A stretch of 64,000 nt of DNA from Nitrospirota bacterium (lineage in GTDB: Bacteria > Nitrospirota > UBA9217): assembly GCA_963740085.1 (NCBI GenBank), contig CAVUCU010000001.1, positions 1,024,001 to 1,088,000 of the forward strand. The letters run 5' to 3'. The notes under the pieces were generated by a model that worked only from the letters and a program-made list of their open reading frames with translations, had not been told where the DNA came from and did no database searches. The position numbers were made by a program, and so were the translations under genes. Of this stretch, positions 59,516-64,000 are shown one piece after another. Position 1 is the stretch's first letter. Each line of letters begins with the position of its first letter.

Positions 59516-60868
59516 TTAGTCTGACACGATCGTCGGTGTAATAAAGATCATAAGCTCCGACTGGTTGTCGATCGTGCTCTTCTTTTTGAAGAGCCAGCCG
59601 ATGACCGGTATCTGCGACAGGAACGGAACCCCGGACTCGACCTCGCTCTCGTTCTTGGTGAGGATGCCGCCGAGTACGATCGTCTCGCCGTTGTTCATGA
59701 CCACCTCGGAGGTCGCATTCCGTTTCGTGATCGTGGGAATGCCGTCCACCTGGTGAGAAAAATCGGGCTCCGACTTTTCCACATTGATCGTCATCGCGAT
59801 CTTGTTGTCGTTCGTAATGGTCGGAGTGGCCGACAACCCGAGGCTTGCGGATATCATCTGTACTGAGGCGGTATTGATGCTTCCCCCGGTGGTTTGGGCG
59901 GTGGCGCTTACCGTCCTGACCGGTATATCGGTGCCGCTCGATATCTTCGCCTCCTTATTGTTCATGGTCATTACCTTGGGACTGGACAGGATCTTGCCGT
60001 TGCCCGTGGACTGCATGGCGGACAGCTGGAGATCGAGCGTCAGGTTCCCTCCCAGCTTGCCGAAACTTATACCGAGCGCGCCGCCCGAACCAACCCCCAC
60101 ACTGGCCGGCAGGTTCACCACGAAGGCGTTGCCGCTCGCGCCGATATCGCCGGTCTGGGGATAGAGAACGGTGCCGCCGACAACGGCTGTCTGGCCGCCG
60201 GTCGTGCCGCCGCTCATCACCGTGGTCCCCTTGGAGCTGGTACTTGAATACTGCCCTCCCCACTGCACCCCGAACTCTCGCACGTAATTACTCGACACCT
60301 CCACGATCTTTGCCTCGATCAGGACCTGCGGCATTTTGACATCAAGTTCCTTGAGCAGCCGCGCCATGCGGTCAAGGTTCAACGAAAGGTCCCTGACCAC
60401 AAGCGCGTTCATTCTGCTGTCCTCGGAGATCCTCGCTGACGGATTGTCGCTTTTAAGGATGGGCAGGATGTCCTTGCTCTTTGCGTGCTGCAGTGGAAAG
60501 ACCCTTGTTTCCATGTCATTATCTCTCGCCTCGGCCACGGAGAGGACGCGGACCATGTTGCCGTCGCGGACATAGGTGAGCCCCTTGGTCTTGAGAATGG
60601 ATTCGAGCGCAGCCCAGATATCGACGTTTTTGATGCTCAGGGAGACCTTTCCACTCACCGCATCGCTCACGATCATGTTCAGGTTCGCCGCCTGTCCCAC
60701 GGCCCTCAGTACGTCCTTGATCTCGGCATCCCTGAACTCCATGGAAAACTCCGCATGCGTTTTCTTAATGTCGACGGTCTGGGCGGGAGCCGGCGCCGCG
60801 ATCAACCATAGGGCGACGCTCGCAAGCGTTACCAGACGAATCACAGATCTGGCTGTACAGGGAACCAT
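59516..60868 (-). CDS. pilQ: Type IV pilus/T2SS secretin (short PilQ-like)
   Basis: 'SMEFRDA', 'PQVLIEAKIVEV', 'GVPFLS.IP..GWLF', 'ELMIFITP'. Confidence 0.85.
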   Translation of the reverse strand: MVPCTARSVIRLVTLASVALWLIAAPAPAQTVDIKKTHAEFSMEFRDAEIKDVLRAVGQAANLNMIVSDAVSGKVSLSIKNVDIWAALESILKTKGLTYVRDGNMVRVLSVAEARDNDMETRVFPLQHAKSKDILPILKSDNPSARISEDSRMNALVVRDLSLNLDRMARLLKELDVKMPQVLIEAKIVEVSSNYVREFGVQWGGQYSSTSSKGTTVMSGGTTGGQTAVVGGTVLYPQTGDIGASGNAFVVNLPASVGVGSGGALGISFGKLGGNLTLDLQLSAMQSTGNGKILSSPKVMTMNNKEAKISSGTDIPVRTVSATAQTTGGSINTASVQMISASLGLSATPTITNDNKIAMTINVEKSEPDFSHQVDGIPTITKRNATSEVVMNNGETIVLGGILTKNESEVESGVPFLSQIPVIGWLFKKKSTIDNQSELMIFITPTIVSD

Positions 60869-60977
60869 AGTCACCTCCGGGCGAGCTGACGGAATCACGG
60901 GGTCCGGGGGGTGAGACGACATCGCCTTCAGACCCTTCAGACTCCATAAACTCAACAGACTCGATAAACTCTCTTCC

Positions 60978-61400
60978 TCACTTATTCACGGTAAAATCTT
61001 CGAGGAACACTTCTTCCTTTTCGCCGGCGGCGCTCTGGAACACCACGCTCCGCCTGCGGATTTCCACCAGTTTCCTGTCGCCGACCTTGCTGCCTTCCTG
61101 ATACGTCTCGCCGCCGAAGATGGCCAACCGGACGTCCTGGCTGTAAATAATGCCGGTCAGCGCGCGCTCGCCGGGAGCAGGCGCTCCATTCTGTGCCGGC
61201 CCCTTGCCGGCCAGGGGATTGTTGAACGGGTCCCTCCCCCACGGGCTCTCAGCAGTCCCGCCCGGGCGGATCGTTGTCACGGCAGGCCGGTCCGCGGAGG
61301 GATAGAAGGGGTCTCTCTCCACTGCCCGTTCCTGCGCCCCTGCAGCGGTCATGGAGAAAGCCGACACCACCGTTGCGATGATTACTAGTTTTTTCCACAT
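60978..61400 (-). CDS. PilP/GspB-like assembly protein
   Basis: Signal peptide; two 'RDPF' motifs; 'LTGII......AI'; position in the pil operon. Confidence 0.65.
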   Translation of the reverse strand: MWKKLVIIATVVSAFSMTAAGAQERAVERDPFYPSADRPAVTTIRPGGTAESPWGRDPFNNPLAGKGPAQNGAPAPGERALTGIIYSQDVRLAIFGGETYQEGSKVGDRKLVEIRRRSVVFQSAAGEKEEVFLEDFTVNK

Positions 61401-61505
61401 AGAGAACTGTTCTTTCGCTCTCGCTCGATGAACGACGGATGACCGCTCGCTTGGAAGAAAGTCGATTGATCAGCAATCGCCCATCCTCCCTTGCTCCTCC
61501 TCACG

Positions 61506-62063
61506 TCACTTCGCCATATACGTGACCGCCTCGATCTGTGCCGCGCACACGGAAGACGAATCCGGACAGGATTCGATGCGGATCTTGCGGACGTTCACGA
61601 CCTTGGACAGATGCTCAAGGCGTTTGAAATATTCCCCAAGCTCGCGGTAACGGCCTTTCAGGTCCAGGTTCATCGATATCTCTTTGTACTTATCCTTACT
61701 GATTTCCTGGGTGGGATGGACCGCCACCAGACTTACCCCCATGCGCCGCGCAGTGCCGGACACATCTTCGAGGAACAGGACCGCGCTCTTCTGGTCGGCC
61801 AAATCCCATCCTGCGGAAGCCGACATATCAATGGACGCACGCCGCTTGAGCTCAATGATCTGAGCCGACTCGTCGAGGATGTCCTTTTCCATGGCGCTGA
61901 TGCGCATCTGGTCGGAACTCAGCGACCGCGCCAGCATGGAATAGGGAAATTGATAGAGGAACCCCGAGAGAACGCAGAACAGGGTGATTGCCACGATGAT
62001 ACGCTCCCGCTTCGTGAGCTTTCGCCACAAGACGGCAATGCGTGAGGATATATCCGCCATCAT
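61506..62063 (-). CDS. pilO: Type IV pilus assembly protein PilO
   Basis: TM + coiled coil + 'G.Y..L..YF..LE.L'; synteny. Confidence 0.8.
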   Translation of the reverse strand: MMADISSRIAVLWRKLTKRERIIVAITLFCVLSGFLYQFPYSMLARSLSSDQMRISAMEKDILDESAQIIELKRRASIDMSASAGWDLADQKSAVLFLEDVSGTARRMGVSLVAVHPTQEISKDKYKEISMNLDLKGRYRELGEYFKRLEHLSKVVNVRKIRIESCPDSSSVCAAQIEAVTYMAK

Positions 62064-62632
62064 CGAGCCCCCTCCGCTTTCTTTATGCCGCAGATGATCT
62101 CAAACCCGACTATATCCCGCCCCTGGACAACGGCCTTCTGGGCATAGGAAAGCTGCGGATGTACGAAATATCCCGATTTTTCCATGGAAACCATAAAATC
62201 GGCTATTGAGATATAATTGAATGCTCCGCCCTTGATCTTGATCTCCGCCTTGCCCTCGGCACTGCCTTCAAGGTAATCGAACCAAAGCCCTGTGGGGACA
62301 ATGAGCGAGAGCTGCTTGAATACCTCTGACCACTTCACCCGCTCGTGCAAAATATCCTGGATCAGCGCGGCCTTGTCCCGCGTCATTCCCGACGGAGAGA
62401 CGACGGCAAGCTCTTTGCGCAAGGCGTCTGCCTGCAACTGGATGGTCTGTTGCTGTGAGCTCAGCGTCCTGATCCGGTTTTGCAACAACCGGTACTGCCG
62501 CACCTGCAGACCGAACAATCCCAGCCACACCAGAATGAACACCAGTGCCAGGAGAGCGCCCCACGTGGCAAAGGGAGAGGGCTTCTTTACCTCCTGCGGC
62601 AGCAGATTGATGTAGTCTTTTATCGGTTTCAT
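62060..62632 (-). CDS. pilN: Type IV pilus assembly protein PilN
   Basis: 'INLLP' motif, TM, coiled coil, 'P..LW'. Confidence 0.88.
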   Translation of the reverse strand: MKPIKDYINLLPQEVKKPSPFATWGALLALVFILVWLGLFGLQVRQYRLLQNRIRTLSSQQQTIQLQADALRKELAVVSPSGMTRDKAALIQDILHERVKWSEVFKQLSLIVPTGLWFDYLEGSAEGKAEIKIKGGAFNYISIADFMVSMEKSGYFVHPQLSYAQKAVVQGRDIVGFEIICGIKKAEGAR

Positions 62633-62670
62633 GATCTTGTTATAGTTCACTCCTGGAGCTGATCTTTCTA

Positions 62671-62815
62671 ATCCCAACCCGGACAAACCGGAACCAAAAG
62701 CGCCTCTCGCAGAGCACGCGGAGATTGCAGCGTTAAATTAAAACCTTCAGTTCTTTGTCTTTACCCGGAATATTTTTTGCTACTTTTCTCTCCGAGTTCT
62801 GCGCCCCCGCGAGAA
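62671..62815. repeat. 9-bp-periodic inverted-repeat element (degenerate)
   Basis: cccggacaaaccggaa then ctcgcagagcacgcggag ... ctctccgagttctgcgcccccgcgag between pilM and pilN. Confidence 0.6.
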
Positions 62816-62825
62816 AAATTGATTG

Positions 62826-63851
62826 TTACCCTTTTCTCAACGCCAGCCCGATAGCTGCCGAAAAACGCGGCGCAACCGGTCCGAACTCTTCAAGCATGTT
62901 CTTCCCGCAGGTCAGGCCGTCAAAAGGCCGGTCGATCTGTACCGTACCCTCCAGTGACTGGGCGATATAGTCCTTGAGCCCGCGCATGAGTGATACGCCG
63001 CCGCTCATGATCATGCCCTCTACGGTTTTTTCCCGGAACGTGGTTTTATAATATTCAACAGACCGCCGGATCTCCATCATCAGGCCGTCGACCCGCGGCT
63101 GAAGCGCCGCGATCGCCGGGTCCTGATCTGCCGGCGTCAGAATGTTCAGGGTGCGTTTCTTGTCCTCCGCCTCCTCAAAACCGATGTTCAACGTTTCGGC
63201 GATCGCGCGGGTCATGTCCAGACCCCCGCTCTCGACGCAGCGGCTGAAGCGGAGCATTCCGCCCTTGTAAACATTGACCTCGGTTTTGCCCGCGCCGAGG
63301 TCCACGACAAGGATGTTTTCGTCGACGGGCATCTCGCGGGTCCGGATAACATTGCGGAGGGCCAGGGCGTTTGCGTCAACGGCGGACACTTTGATCTTTG
63401 CATCATTGAACGGCGCCAACTGCTCAAGCACCTTCGCCCGTTCAGCGGCCACCATGATGAGGTCGTACTTCTCCACCGAGCCCTCGAGTTTTTCACCGAC
63501 AATGAGGTATTCGATCTGGGCGGAATCGACAGGATAGGAAATATGCCGCTTCGCCTCCCAGCGGACCGCCTCGCGCAGCTCGTTGAGCGGCATCTTGGGC
63601 AGGGTGAGCGAGCGGATCGTCAGATGCCTGCCGGGCATCAGCGTGACGACGTTGGCACCGCCGATCTTCTTGTCGGTCTGGAGATGGTGAAGGTCGCTGC
63701 CGACGTTCGCCACTACGGCCGGATCGGGAGACAATTCCACAAGCATGGCCGACACAAGTTTCGGACGACTCCCGCCCCCTGACAGGCGCACGACCTTGAT
63801 GCTTCCCGCGCCGATGTCAACCCCTGTTATGTCTTTTGAAAAAAGTCCCAT
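62826..63851 (-). CDS. pilM: Type IV pilus assembly ATPase-like protein PilM
   Basis: 'GVDIG..SIK.V', 'WEA..HI', 'VDLGAGKT', 'SGG', 'AIGLAL'. Confidence 0.92.
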   Translation of the reverse strand: MGLFSKDITGVDIGAGSIKVVRLSGGGSRPKLVSAMLVELSPDPAVVANVGSDLHHLQTDKKIGGANVVTLMPGRHLTIRSLTLPKMPLNELREAVRWEAKRHISYPVDSAQIEYLIVGEKLEGSVEKYDLIMVAAERAKVLEQLAPFNDAKIKVSAVDANALALRNVIRTREMPVDENILVVDLGAGKTEVNVYKGGMLRFSRCVESGGLDMTRAIAETLNIGFEEAEDKKRTLNILTPADQDPAIAALQPRVDGLMMEIRRSVEYYKTTFREKTVEGMIMSGGVSLMRGLKDYIAQSLEGTVQIDRPFDGLTCGKNMLEEFGPVAPRFSAAIGLALRKG

Positions 63852-63949
63852 AAAATAAAAAGTTCAGCGTTCAAAGTTCAGAGTTGCAAAATTTGGTCCT
63901 ATCTTCTTCTCCTTCTGCAATCCGTCAATCCACAATCAGCAATCTCTTT

Positions 63950-64000
63950 TCAACTACCCGCCTTCTCCGTCTTGAGTTCTTCAGAAGCCATCTGGAACGC
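63950..64000 (-). CDS. 3' end of a gene entering from beyond the window (…AFQMASEELKTEKAGS*)
   Basis: Open frame to TGA at 63950-63952; too short to identify. Confidence 0.4.
   Translation of the reverse strand, partial: AFQMASEELKTEKAGS

Overview
Bacterial chromosomal window of moderately high GC. Gene content (AhbD, kdp, split cytochrome b6-type complex, SgmX-like TPR protein, ExtH/ExtI-like pair) suggests an anaerobic Nitrospirota or Desulfobacterota-like organism; this is inference. Main content in order: fadL-like porin, TPR protein with a 7x69-bp internal array, glnB-glnA, a kdp locus (two small peptides, kdpABC, unknown gene, kdpDE, KimA-like transporter), translation and housekeeping genes, a GT-C/flavoenzyme/B12-radical SAM trio, an ABC-2 exporter, an NHL/FN3 surface protein, a CFI-box-CTERM protein with a partner beta-barrel, a tusA-yeeE-dsrE-like sulfur relay, Rieske/cytochrome b6/subunit IV, and pilMNOPQ. 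The strongest hidden signal is a lipoprotein tandem rhodanese that the ORF track splits in two at an in-frame UGA (32880-32882). The UGA sits at the catalytic-Cys position (Y-U-R-T-G) and is followed by a SECIS-like hairpin, so it is a probable selenoprotein. It is encoded with a small exported CxC-tailed protein and an anion-type porin, and is possibly linked to the Rieske/b6 + TusA/YeeE/DsrE module about 20 kb away. Other signals: at least 8 apparently leaderless genes, a probable ATC start codon, several families of short intergenic palindromic elements (one nested three deep), and a cluster of single-base frameshifts that may be assembly errors. No rRNA, tRNA, CRISPR array or intact transposase was recognised.
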